Below, piece after piece: positions 36,638 through 47,999 of a stretch of DNA of 64,000 nucleotides. Source of the stretch: Adineta vaga (Eukaryota > Animalia > Rotifera); contig CP075496.1 in the NCBI GenBank assembly GCA_021613535.1, positions 8,990,001 through 9,054,000 of the forward strand. Reading direction: 5' to 3'. How positions within the stretch are numbered: position 1 is the stretch's first letter; every line of letters begins with the position of its first letter. The position numbers were made by a program, and so were the translations under genes. The notes beneath the pieces are model-generated. The model was not told the DNA's origin. It searched no databases and worked only from the letters and a program-made list of their open reading frames with translations.

Positions 36638-39050
36638 TTATGAAAGTAAGTATCTGAAAACAGCACCAGCAAGTAGATAAATCATTCCAAGACTGAATCG
36701 TGGTGAACCAGATGCTAAAATATTTGAAAAGATTAATTTGATATTAAAATGCATATATTATATTTTTTAAGTGACACTATTAACCTCTATTTATGGTATC
36801 AACAGAATTTCATGGTAGATTTGTTCTTCTGCAATGTTAACTTTACAATATTATACCGTTGTAATGACAACATCTGCATAATTATGAACTCTCAATGTAT
36901 TCTTCATTGTTATTTATTCTATTGAGTACATCTTGTAATAAGAACAAAGTTATTATATTTAAACTTCTACTGTTGATATTTTATGAGACATAATAATATC
37001 TTGTTGTACTCTGATTTTTCGTAAAAAGAAAAGATAATAATCATTATCAGAAGTGAAAAACGCGACTAATGTTCTTTAAATCTTTCAAAGTATATTTGAA
37101 AAATAGTAAGTTTATAGTAATAGTTTCTTGCTGAAAAGATTTGTGTCGTTAGTATCCGATATTTCTCCACTCGAGAACAAAAATAGCAAAAGTTAATCAT
37201 TTTAATATTCATGATGAGTTAACTTACCCACGGCTGTGAATGATATGGATGATGCGGTATTCAGGCGGATAAGGTTCACTCTCATTAATCCCGATGCAAC
37301 TATAGTATATGTTCCAGTAACATATTCACTATAAGTTGTAGCAACTAATACATACGGCGTATTCGCCTGAAGATACCTTGTAAATCGAAATTGATGTTGA
37401 CTAGCACTATCATCATCGTATGTGACTAAGTTAACATCAGGAGTTGCTGGATTGAATCTAGTAGTATACAAATATCCATATGTATCCATCGTACTAATAC
37501 TCATGAAGGTATAAGTGCCAGATGCGGGAACGTTGATCAGAAATGTTTCATAAAAATAATTCGAATTGCTTTGAGAATAACGTGCATAAGTTTGGCTACT
37601 TCTTGTCAATGTTGATGAAACTGTTGTATTAAACACATACAGATTAACTATACAAATACAAAATGCATTATTCAATGTATTTTTCAATCTTGAATAAAGA
37701 TGGTATAACATATATTCCGTTCATTTACCTGTGGTTGGTGTAGTAGCCGGTGATAATATCGTTCCAGTTGCTGAGCAATTGTAGAATAATCTCACTTCTT
37801 CTATATCAATCCTACTCATATTACTTCGCTGGCCAACAGTTACACCTGACTGCAGTGGTACAATTGTAGCAAAACCATTGACAGAAAAAGCATCGGACGG
37901 ATAATGCATCACTGAAGCATAATCATAGGATGTATTCAGAGTATTCACAACAGTATTGCTATATTTTTCAAAATTATATTCCAAACCTGTGCAATAAACA
38001 AAACATTATTCTCCGATATAGCTCAGAATGTCACTCAAAACAACTATTCTTCTATACCTGATATGATATTGCTGTAATTCACTCGAACATAACTATCACG
38101 GTCGGGTCGAGATTGTTCATGATGAAAACCTATTGAAAACGCACAAAAAAACAAAAGAATCTCGATTCACATCTAATTACAATCAAAGTAGATGATCTAC
38201 CTAATACATGAAGTAACTCATGCATAATCCGTCCTTCGTCAATGCAACCAGGATATTGTAATGTGACTGTACGATTCAAAGTGATACCAGTGTTTCGTCC
38301 AACCTATGATATATTCTCTATTAACGATTGAAGATATTTCATATTCTTCTTACATAAGATGAACATCCATATCCATTGACAATACTGATATAGTACACAT
38401 CACCTGCTACTTTTGGTCGAAACTGAATACAGGCAACATTGTTGATCGCTATCAATCGTTCCATTTTTTGCATTGTAGCTATTATAAATGCTTCTTGAAC
38501 TGATCCTACAATAAGAAATGTAGTCAGAGTTTTGGCATGGAAAAGAAGAGAAAGAGGTACTAACCATATCCTGGTATAATGACATATGGCACAATACCAC
38601 TTGGCCAACGTTGAGCAGTATCACGAAGTGCCACACCACGCTACAAATTTGATTTGCAAACGAAATAATGTAATTCTAGCGCGAAGGTACAATGATGAAT
38701 GACTCACTCCTGTTGATCCTGACGAAGTCGGAAAGAGCATATCACCTTCTACCAGATGAGCTAGAAAAACGGAGAAATCAGTATATTGTTTTGTGCTGAA
38801 CTGTAAGAAGCTGCTTTAATATGACTAATACTGCTGTCGTATTTTTTCGCAGCTGTTTGTAAAGAAAACAATACATACGGTTTTCGTCAGGTTTTGGTGG
38901 TACATCCTGTTGAAAAAGATAGATGAAATGAGGTGATAGTTTGATGTATGGAATGAAACAGGGGTGAGTTACTTTTATTACTGGCAATCCATAGATGAGA
39001 TGTAACATCGAAAGAAGGCTGATGTGGAAGAGAGAAAAGTTGATGTTCAT
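36638..39050 (-). CDS. Astacin (M12A) zinc metalloprotease with C-terminal PPC-like domain and probable hydrophobic/GPI tail; multi-exon, 3' end uncertain
   Basis: Signal peptide; EGDML; RWPSGIVPY; GCSSYVG; [19 protein letters not shown] across an intron; Met-turn [12 protein letters not shown]-like MDTYGYLY...DDD...F...L...Y.LV.TT exon at ~37227-37648. A phase-compatible last exon 36714-36638 encodes [25 protein letters not shown]. Confidence 0.85.
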
Positions 39051-40044
39051 TGTTAAAGAAATATCGATAATCTGAATATATAGAATATATTGAGATTTTC
39101 TCTCTTATAATTTACATAAAATAGATTTTGAAGATTATATGTATGTTCTAGTGCATTCCTACTTGAGGGTTTTAAGAAACGATACCATCTTTGAGTTGGT
39201 AGTTAAATCATCTTTGTGTCTAGATAAATACATTTTCAATAGACGCTTATATAATCAAACTATTTTGAAAGAATTTCTTTTTCTTCCTTCAAAAAGTAGG
39301 AACGATTGTGATTTTTTGCAACAGAAGAGAATAAATGACACATCACATCAAATTCTGTAAAAGGAAAAAATTCATTGTAGAAGCAAAGTTATTTTTGTTT
39401 TTGAAAAAGAAATCATGACAGATTTTCTTCAACATGCTGTTTTTTGTTGATATAAACACTAGCCACTTGTTATTGTTTTAAGCAATTGAAAAATGAGAAA
39501 GATGATTCAACTGATTTTCATATATAAGTGAAAGCAACGCAATTCCTAAAAAGAAGTGACGGTAAAAGTGACAATACCGAATCTATATTTAAATCTTTGT
39601 GCATTTTTCATACGTAATGTTTAACTTTTATGTATGCTTTCATGACTTCTTATTTGTTTGGCAGTTTGTAATCTATAGAATTACTTTACCGAGACTATGA
39701 ACAACTTGAAAAAATATATGCCCGCAAAAGACTTATTTTCATTTTTCGTTTCAACCTCTGGCACTTCCATGGACTCTTTTGAATAATCATCTAAATATAT
39801 ATATAATATGATTTGAACTTTGAAATGTATCGAACAATCATATTTATGTGCTACGCAATGATGTATGGAAAATTAAAATATGTATATAAAACTAATAATT
39901 TGCATATTCAAATCAAAATTTCGAAAAGGATACCAATTATAAGATCAAATGCTTTCATTGAAAAGAAAAATATATGCATGACTTACTATATTCACGTATT
40001 ATATTGAAAACAAGAAAAGTCGTCGACAATGGACTAGGAAAGAC

Positions 40045-40053
40045 TATATAAAG
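40045..40053 (+). promoter_or_regulatory. Candidate TATA box for the cysteine-rich peptide gene
   Basis: tatataaag about 100 bp upstream of a GT-AG 5'-UTR intron (40143-40200) that ends just before ATG 40208. Confidence 0.35.
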
Positions 40054-40207
40054 GAAAGTATTGCGTGTGATCGATGTATAAAGCATTTTCAGACGTTTTA
40101 TTCAGTTTCTCTCGAAGTTAATCACCTTCATATATACCATTTGTAAGTAATTGAATTTCTGATACAAAACTCTAATAATTCATTTATATCTAATATTTAG
40201 TTTGACA

Positions 40208-40420
40208 ATGAAATCAAACTATTTTCTATGTTTATTTGTTCTCGGTTTGTTGATCTGTTTGACGATGAGTGCTCCTTCTGCATCAGATCTGGAATCAGCT
40301 GGTATTAATAATGAAGTCGATTTGAGTTGTACAATTCGATGTGGTTGGTGGAATGCTTGTAAGTTTAATGGCGGAGGTTGTCCCGAACCAAGTGACTGTA
40401 ACTGTCGCACATTCGGTTAA
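40208..40420 (+). CDS. Secreted 6-cysteine defensin/toxin-like prepropeptide (70 aa)
   Basis: Signal peptide MKSNYFLCLFVLGLLICLTMSA; acidic pro-segment; mature SCTIRCGWWNACKFNGGGCPEPSDCNCRTFG. Confidence 0.8.
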   Translation: MKSNYFLCLFVLGLLICLTMSAPSASDLESAGINNEVDLSCTIRCGWWNACKFNGGGCPEPSDCNCRTFG

Positions 40421-40600
40421 TAAGAACATTTTTCGACATTTATTCTATTATCATTTTATTTTCAATGAATAATCAAGCTCATTCTATTTTATCTTAAATA
40501 AAATATTATTAAAATACAAGAATATTGCTGGACTAATTCATTTTAATGATCAATATATTGTAAAATAAAAAGACAAAACTTCCTTTCTTTCTCTGATTGT

Positions 40601-41612
40601 TTAATTATCTTCATCAGTTGCTGGAAGTTCAGGAGCCAGAAGATTTGCAATGACTTCATCGTTTTTACATCTAATGGAATAAGAATATTTGATTATAAAT
40701 TGATACATATCGTTAAATATATACCCATTGATGAATTCCTCTTTACTCAATTTCATATCGCTATTAAGATCAAGTTTGGTAATGATTTCTTTTGCACGTT
40801 TATGAGGATCTTTATCACCATGACGATCTTTAATCATCGCACGATCATACTAAATCAAATTAGCCAATGAAAATGTACGCAATTTATAAACGAAATAATC
40901 CTACCATAGCAGAAATTAAATGACCCAATTCATTCTGATCGAGTTGTCCATCACCTGATACGTCCCAACTAAATGCAAGACATATCATTACAAATCAAAA
41001 TAAAAAATCCAACTTTACAAATCAAAAACAAAGTCAAGTCGTTCAACTAAATTACCACTAAGATTATTGACTGCAATAGCGAAAAGAAATTCATTGAAGT
41101 CAACGGTACCATCATTATTTTCATCCATAAATTCAAACATATTTCTTTAAATGAACCATTAAGAACAATTTCTTTATATAAAATAACATCAAAATACGTA
41201 CTTGCATGTTTCTAGATCAGATTGTGAATCAAATCTTTTAAAAAGACTAGTAAATGCTTTTTGATCAAGTTTTCCTGTTGGACACTTGCGAACAAATTCC
41301 TAAATGAATAGAAGAAGAAGAAACGGCCGATTTCATAATCATCACATCAGTAATTCAACATACTTCATACCACATTTTGATTTCTGTTGATGATTACGAA
41401 GAAGATCATAAAATTATTTAACCTATTCTACAAAAAAAATTGATAATCTACCTTTATCAGATAATTTTGACTTTGATCGAAGCATAGCTATTTCTAATAT
41501 ACATGACATAAAAAAGAACAATGAACTAAATCAATATATTATTCAAAAAAATAAAACCTTTTTGAGTTAAACTACATATATCTCGTTGTTTACACTTTGT
41601 TGTAACATCCAT
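40601..41612 (-). CDS. Neuronal calcium sensor / neurocalcin-like EF-hand protein, multi-exon
   Basis: Spliced EIKMWYEEFVRKCPTGKL; EF loops DENNDGTVDFNE, DVSGDGQLDQNE and DLNSDMKLSKEE; C-terminal FINGCKND. Confidence 0.88.
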
Positions 41613-42106
41613 CTTTTTTTACAGTAATGAATCACTCGTTATATCTAAAATAATGCATTGGATTTTATAAGTACGATAATATATTAACAAAATAGTAATA
41701 AAAAAGAAAAATATTGTGTTGTACAAGTAAAATAAAGATTGAATGAGTCCATGAAAAAAAGATACTCACCCGATATGGTCGGTTGATCAAAGCAACAAGT
41801 TAACGATTATTGTGTGTATAAATACTGAAAAAGCACAAAATAAAAAAGGATACGTATAATTCTATACCAATAACAAAAGATAGAAGAAAAGGTAAATTAT
41901 TAAATGCGTCAATTATGATCAGATGAAAATATATCTAGTTTATTTATGCTTCGAAAAGAATATATATCATCATGTCGATTTTATTCAAGATATGTTTTTT
42001 TTTTGGAAATGAAATGATTTATTGATACCATAAATAATTTCAAAAAGTTTATTTGAGAGACAAAAACAAACAATTTATTTACAAAAGATTATGAGACATA
42101 TAAATT

Positions 42107-42967
42107 CTATTCGGTGACAGTTATTTGCTGATTGGTTTGGTTATTAACATCTTCTAAATAATTTGAATGATACATAAACATTTGAAGTATGGGAATCGGT
42201 TCGACTGTATTCAATGTTCTAGTTGCTTCTTTTCGCTGTTCTAATGTTTGCAATTGATCATAAATCTGAAACCATTTTTGAACATTTAATGTTAAAGATT
42301 GTCGATATAAAAGAACTTTCATATAAAGATTTTCTAAAATATCTGTAGATGTATCTCGTATGTTTAATTGTCGATATACATCGATTAATTTATCTAAATA
42401 CTGAAAATTAGTACCATTAACACCATACGCTTGTCCAATTCTTAATGATTGATCTTCTATAGATAATTGATCTTTTAAATAGAATAAACTTTGATTATTT
42501 ATAACACATGTTAAAGCGTATTCAGTCGTTTTTTTATCGGGAAGAAGAATTTTCACGAAATCATATGTGTAAATATCCATAATTGTTTGGTTGAAATGAA
42601 CGGGTGTTTCTCGTTTAACAAATGCTTTGATAAATGGTATTATTTGTTCATTCATTGCAACAAATAAAGAACCATGTACAAAACTCTTTGTATCTTTTAT
42701 TAAACCCATTGTTAATCCTTTAAAATCTAATGTACCACGATAAACAAAATCTTCACAGAAGAAACCTTTTCGATGATTTGTAAGTATACAATTAGATATC
42801 ATTTCATTAATATGTTCAATCGGATTCCATAATAATGATCCATAAGCAAAGATTGAAATTCTTTTATTCGTTTTAATAAATGAGATAATTTCATTTCTTT
42901 TCGATATATCATCATGTAAACCATGTAATAATTTTAAACTTTCATCTAATTGATGAGAATAATCCAT
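42107..42967 (-). CDS. chaC: ChaC-family gamma-glutamylcyclotransferase (glutathione-degrading), intronless
   Basis: IFAYGSLLWNP, YRGT...GLTMGL, KRE (catalytic Glu position), GVNGTNFQYL. Confidence 0.88.
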   Translation of the reverse strand: MDYSHQLDESLKLLHGLHDDISKRNEIISFIKTNKRISIFAYGSLLWNPIEHINEMISNCILTNHRKGFFCEDFVYRGTLDFKGLTMGLIKDTKSFVHGSLFVAMNEQIIPFIKAFVKRETPVHFNQTIMDIYTYDFVKILLPDKKTTEYALTCVINNQSLFYLKDQLSIEDQSLRIGQAYGVNGTNFQYLDKLIDVYRQLNIRDTSTDILENLYMKVLLYRQSLTLNVQKWFQIYDQLQTLEQRKEATRTLNTVEPIPILQMFMYHSNYLEDVNNQTNQQITVTE

Positions 42968-44267
42968 GTTTTATTTTGTATAACAAAAAATGAAAAAATC
43001 CTAGTCTTTTATAAGGAACATACAAGCTATGCCAATTCATTCTATACCCATGCATTGTCAGCGTGATAGTCCAGGCGGTTTTTTCCTATTCTGGCATTTT
43101 TCTTCTCTGTTCTGGTTATAGAACGTAATGTATACATCACGCGATCGTTACTTTTTTTTCTTTTTTCCTTCACCAGAACGAAGAAACACATGATCTTGTT
43201 TCTTATCGATAAACAAAATTTTCTCTTTCAATCATCAGATTGTCATACTGATGCTGTTTTTCTTGCTATTTCAAGGTCAATTTAAAACTACCGAATCACA
43301 AAAACATCGATAGATTATTGAAAACATTCAAGGACAAGTTTTGATGTGTGTTTTCTTCTTCTTCGTCGTCTAAATCGCTTTGATCAAAACAAGTGTTCGT
43401 TTTTCTCTTAGTACTTTTATCTTCTTCGAGCTCTTTGGGAAACAAATAACAGGTGATAGTTGGTTTCATTCTAAATCGTCAATCTTCTATTTAACTATTC
43501 CAGAGGGCGTAGAGATAAGTTGCCTCTACCTCGGTACACATGTTTGTTAAGCTATATCATATATCTAAAGTATGTCGACGTCAATTTTAACACACCCTTG
43601 TGTGGGAGAGAATGCATAGAGAACAAGACAATGAATACTGATGAGAATGTAAAAAGTATGTTTGATATTTATTTGAAATGAAGATTTGAATGCAAAGTAC
43701 AAATCAAAATATTGACATATACATATGTATTTGAATTACTTCAAAGACAAAGAGTCGAAGGATTGTCCTTTGATAATTCTGATTTCTTCATTTTTCACTT
43801 TGTCATCATATAGATAAGAGAGAAAGAAAAAATGCAAAGTCAAAATGAGATTGGTACGTCAATAAATTATCAAATGCCCTTGTTAGATGGTAAAGAAGAA
43901 AATGCATATTCTTTTTCTTTTTTTGAAATATTTGTTAATCATAACTGAAAGATCAAAATTTTACGTGTTACTATGTTATCTATTTGAACCACGAGAAAAA
44001 AACGACATGTACTTTATTGAATAAATTTCTGGATACCAAATAAGGGAATAATATTAGGAAGCTCGATCAAATCTTCTAGTAATATTTGTTGATTTAATTA
44101 TAAAAAAGGAAGAAGAATAGATATGCATATTAATTGGAAAAAAAACTAAATGCTAAATGAAGTGTGACTATGTAAGAACGAAAAAGCGAACATGTGTAAA
44201 GATTTGTTTTTCTTCATTATACAAAACGAATAGTCAAATTTTTAGAAGATCAATATTATTTCGTTTT

Positions 44268-46340
44268 ATGAGTTGGTTTAAAAGAACAATTAATCGTCTT
44301 TATCATGGTGAGAGTAACAATAAATCATCTTATTCAATTCAAAATTTTCGTCTCATATGGCTTGATAGTAATATTGATGTAATCAATAATAATTATTGTA
44401 TAGATACTATGATAAAGTTAGAAGAAATTGCGAACACCGTTGAAATATTTACTGATGTTGATGAATGTATCGATTTTATTACTGATCTAAATGATCATGA
44501 TCAGACAGTGATGATTTTATCTGGTTCACTTGGCGAAATAGTGATGTCTGCAATACATGATATCAGTCAAATAAATTTATTTTATATTTTTTGTCAAAAT
44601 AAAGAACGACATAAACGATGGGCACGGGAATGGTCTAAGATAGAAGCTGTTATTACAGATGTAAAATCTCTATGTGAAGCAATTAAAAAAGCTAACAAAG
44701 ATTTCGATCAGAATTCAATTCCGATTAGTGTAGTTAACGCAACAATTGAAATCTCGACAAAAGATCTCGATCATCTCGATCCATCATTTATGTATACGCA
44801 AATTCTTAAAGAAATTCTTCTTGATATCGATTTTAATGATAATGATATTAAAGAATTTCTAACCTATTATCGAGATGAATCATTTGATGGCGATATGAAA
44901 ATTCGCAATTATGTTGATGAAATTGAAAAAAATTATCATCAACATGAACCAATCTATTGGTATACTTGTCAATCCTTTCTCTATTCTGATCTTAATCAAG
45001 CATTACGTACGATGAATGTTATTAAAATAATTCGAATGGGATTTTTCGTACGTGATCTTTGTGAGGATATTGCTGCATTACATTCTAAACAGTATAGTCA
45101 ATATCATAATAGTAATACTATATTATTTGTATATCGCGGTCAAAAATTATCGCTAATCGATTTAGCAAAAATACAGAACACATCAGGTGGATTATTATCA
45201 TTTAATAATTTTTTATCGACTAGTACAAAACGTGAAATGGCTTCAGAATTTGCACGAAAAAAACCAGATAAGTTTGATGTTGTCAACGTTCTATATGTTA
45301 TTCAAATAAACACATCAATAAAATCATCAATACCTTTTGCTAATATACGCGATATAAGTTACTTTTCAAAAGAAGAAGAAATTCTTTTCTCGATGCATTC
45401 TATTTTCCGTATTGGACAAATTAATCGAATAGATACGTATGATAAGCCTCTTTGGGAAGTTCATTTAACTTTAACCAATGATAACGATGAGGAATTACAT
45501 CGATTAACAGATTGTATTCGACAAGAAACATTTACTACCGAAAAAGGTTGGTATCGATTAGGAAACTTCTTGAATACACTCGGTGAATTTACTAGAGCAG
45601 AAGAAGTATGTTTTATGATGCTTAATCAAACAAATGATCAAACTGAAATAGCAAGTATTTATCATCTGTTAGGAATGATTAAATATGGTCAAGGTAATTA
45701 TCAAGAAGCAATTAAAGCTTACAAAACTTCGATTCAAATGAAAAAGAAGATCTTCCCATCAGCAGATTTATCTTTAGCTTCATCCTATACTAATATTGGT
45801 GAAGTATATAATATAATCGGTAAATATTCCAAAGCATTTTCGTTTCATACGGATGCATTGAAAATTAAACAAAAATGTTTATCGTCACATAAGCCAGACC
45901 TAGCATTATCTTACGATAATATCGGTTCAACACTAAATAATATGAGTGTATATTCACAAGCAATACTATACTATAGAAAAGCATTAGATATTCGACAAAA
46001 ATCTCTTCCTGAAACTCATTCTGATTTGTCACAATCGTATCACAATATTGGTTCTGTATATTATCGTATGGGACAATATTCAAAAGCACTTCTAAATTTA
46101 GAAAAAGCCATCGAAATCAAACAAAAAACTCTTCCAGAAAAACATATCAGTTTGGCTAGTTCTTATAAGAATATGGGTGCCGTTTATGAATGTTTACAAC
46201 AATATTCAGATGCTCAATCGTTCTATGAACGTGCTTACGACATTTCCGATGGAGCATTATTGACTAATCATCCTAGTTTACGTACATTGCAAAAAGATAT
46301 TAATCGAGTAAACAAGAAAAATGCAAATCATTTTGTTTGA
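44268..46340 (+). CDS. Mono-ADP-ribosyltransferase + TPR repeat protein with N-terminal 'LIWLD' receiver-like domain, intronless
   Basis: LIWLD...VDECIDFI; FMYTQILKEILL; IYWYT..SFLYSDLNQALR; VYRGQ; NNFLSTS; EEEILF; about six TPR repeats (ASSYTNIG, ALSYDNIG, SQSYHNIG). First plausible ATG 44268. Confidence 0.9.
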   Translation: MSWFKRTINRLYHGESNNKSSYSIQNFRLIWLDSNIDVINNNYCIDTMIKLEEIANTVEIFTDVDECIDFITDLNDHDQTVMILSGSLGEIVMSAIHDISQINLFYIFCQNKERHKRWAREWSKIEAVITDVKSLCEAIKKANKDFDQNSIPISVVNATIEISTKDLDHLDPSFMYTQILKEILLDIDFNDNDIKEFLTYYRDESFDGDMKIRNYVDEIEKNYHQHEPIYWYTCQSFLYSDLNQALRTMNVIKIIRMGFFVRDLCEDIAALHSKQYSQYHNSNTILFVYRGQKLSLIDLAKIQNTSGGLLSFNNFLSTSTKREMASEFARKKPDKFDVVNVLYVIQINTSIKSSIPFANIRDISYFSKEEEILFSMHSIFRIGQINRIDTYDKPLWEVHLTLTNDNDEELHRLTDCIRQETFTTEKGWYRLGNFLNTLGEFTRAEEVCFMMLNQTNDQTEIASIYHLLGMIKYGQGNYQEAIKAYKTSIQMKKKIFPSADLSLASSYTNIGEVYNIIGKYSKAFSFHTDALKIKQKCLSSHKPDLALSYDNIGSTLNNMSVYSQAILYYRKALDIRQKSLPETHSDLSQSYHNIGSVYYRMGQYSKALLNLEKAIEIKQKTLPEKHISLASSYKNMGAVYECLQQYSDAQSFYERAYDISDGALLTNHPSLRTLQKDINRVNKKNANHFV

Positions 46341-47156
46341 TGTATTTAATACTAAAAATTGTCTGTATCGTCGAATACTTCTATTCTTCATAGTAGTATT
46401 TTATATTATATTGAAATGTTTGTTTTTAATTCTGATTTTGAATGCATCATTAAAACTTTCATAAAATCGAACATCTTCAGATATAATTTCGTCTTCAATT
46501 TATGCGATCCACAAACGTGCTTTACTATTAACAAAACGAATTTTTTTCTCTCGAAGAGGATTTTTTTAAGCATTCCAACTACAACTCAAGATCTAATCTA
46601 TCGTCGTTTAATTATGAAAGACAATGAAGATGAAAAGCAAGTATGGTGTATTTATATATGATTTCTTTTCATTGTCAACATTAACTTTTACTGTATTTAT
46701 TCATCGATGATTTTGAATAAATAGAAATCATTCATCAATTCGTTTTTTTTTGTATTTGAGATCATACTTGTCGTTGTAGATATATATTTATATATATATA
46801 TATACTTTAGAATGTAAAATGATCATGATTTTATCATCAATTGCCTTAAAAACCAATCAGGAAGTTATTCTGTTTCAATACAGAACGATCATTTCTCAAC
46901 TATCGATGTCAAAGACATGAGAAGGTCATAGGTTGAATATTTCTTTTCTTTTCTTTTTCATTGCAATGAACATATATCATCACCCTGCAATATACTCTCT
47001 ACTATATCCTTGGAGTAAAATGGTCTACTAAAATATGCTGTTAACGATACATTCATATAATTTCGATTTACAATTTAAGATTTTCATGCAATAAACGATT
47101 CGTTTCGTTTTCTTTGTGCTCAAAATCAAGGTAATCTACATCGAAGATATTAGAGT

Positions 47157-47636
47157 ATGTTTTCATTAATTCATCTTACCATCTTCATTATCATCATTCA
47201 AGTTGTATCCTCACTGAGATGCTATGGATTTGTACGCAGTACTGATAGTAGTCCACCGATAGTAGGTATTCAAGATTCATCTTACCTACCAGATGCATGT
47301 ATGAATCAGACATGTCTTTGCGTTAGTTTTATGTTTCAATGTATCAATAGTAACAATACGTTATGTACTACTCAACAGCTACAAAATCAAAGTTTTGTTT
47401 GGACTTACGCATTAACAGGCATGGGTACCTGTCAACACTTAGTTCAAACTCCAATAATAAAAAATCTAACTTGTTGTTATACAGATTTGTGTAATAATCA
47501 ATCAATAAATGCTATTTTACCGATAACAACTAATATAGTGACGATTTCATTGAATAATGACGCTTCTTTTCTTTCTCTTTCATTATTTATTTTTCTTTTT
47601 GCTCTATATATTATATCTATGTTTCGTTCATATTAA
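47157..47636 (+). CDS. Ly6/uPAR (three-finger) GPI-anchored protein
   Basis: Signal peptide, LRCY at the mature start, CCYTDLCN terminal motif, hydrophobic C-terminus. Confidence 0.8.
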   Translation: MFSLIHLTIFIIIIQVVSSLRCYGFVRSTDSSPPIVGIQDSSYLPDACMNQTCLCVSFMFQCINSNNTLCTTQQLQNQSFVWTYALTGMGTCQHLVQTPIIKNLTCCYTDLCNNQSINAILPITTNIVTISLNNDASFLSLSLFIFLFALYIISMFRSY

Positions 47637-47999
47637 TAAAAGAATTTTGAAGAATGAGACAATGTATTTAATATAAGTTATATTTATTTTCGGAGAAAAA
47701 TCGAAATTACAGTCGAGAATTTCTCATTACAAAATGAAGAGTTACTATAAGAAGAAACGTTAGAGAACAGAAAGAATCTACTCTTAGTAAGATAATAAAG
47801 ATGACATGAAAATAAAAGAAAAAAAAGATACAACGTCTTTCCACGCACATGAAATGCTATCTGCAGTAGTTGTTTCTTTTATTTTTCTTGATAGTTGGTA
47901 TATTTCACTAAATATAAGACAACAGAAGGAATATTTTCAACTACGTCATTGACAATCACAATATAACATATACTTAAAATATATTAAACTGAAATTACT

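Noticed and set aside
43500-43535. Short hairpin (gtagag...ctctac)
   Set aside because: Too short to separate from chance; no ncRNA hallmarks.
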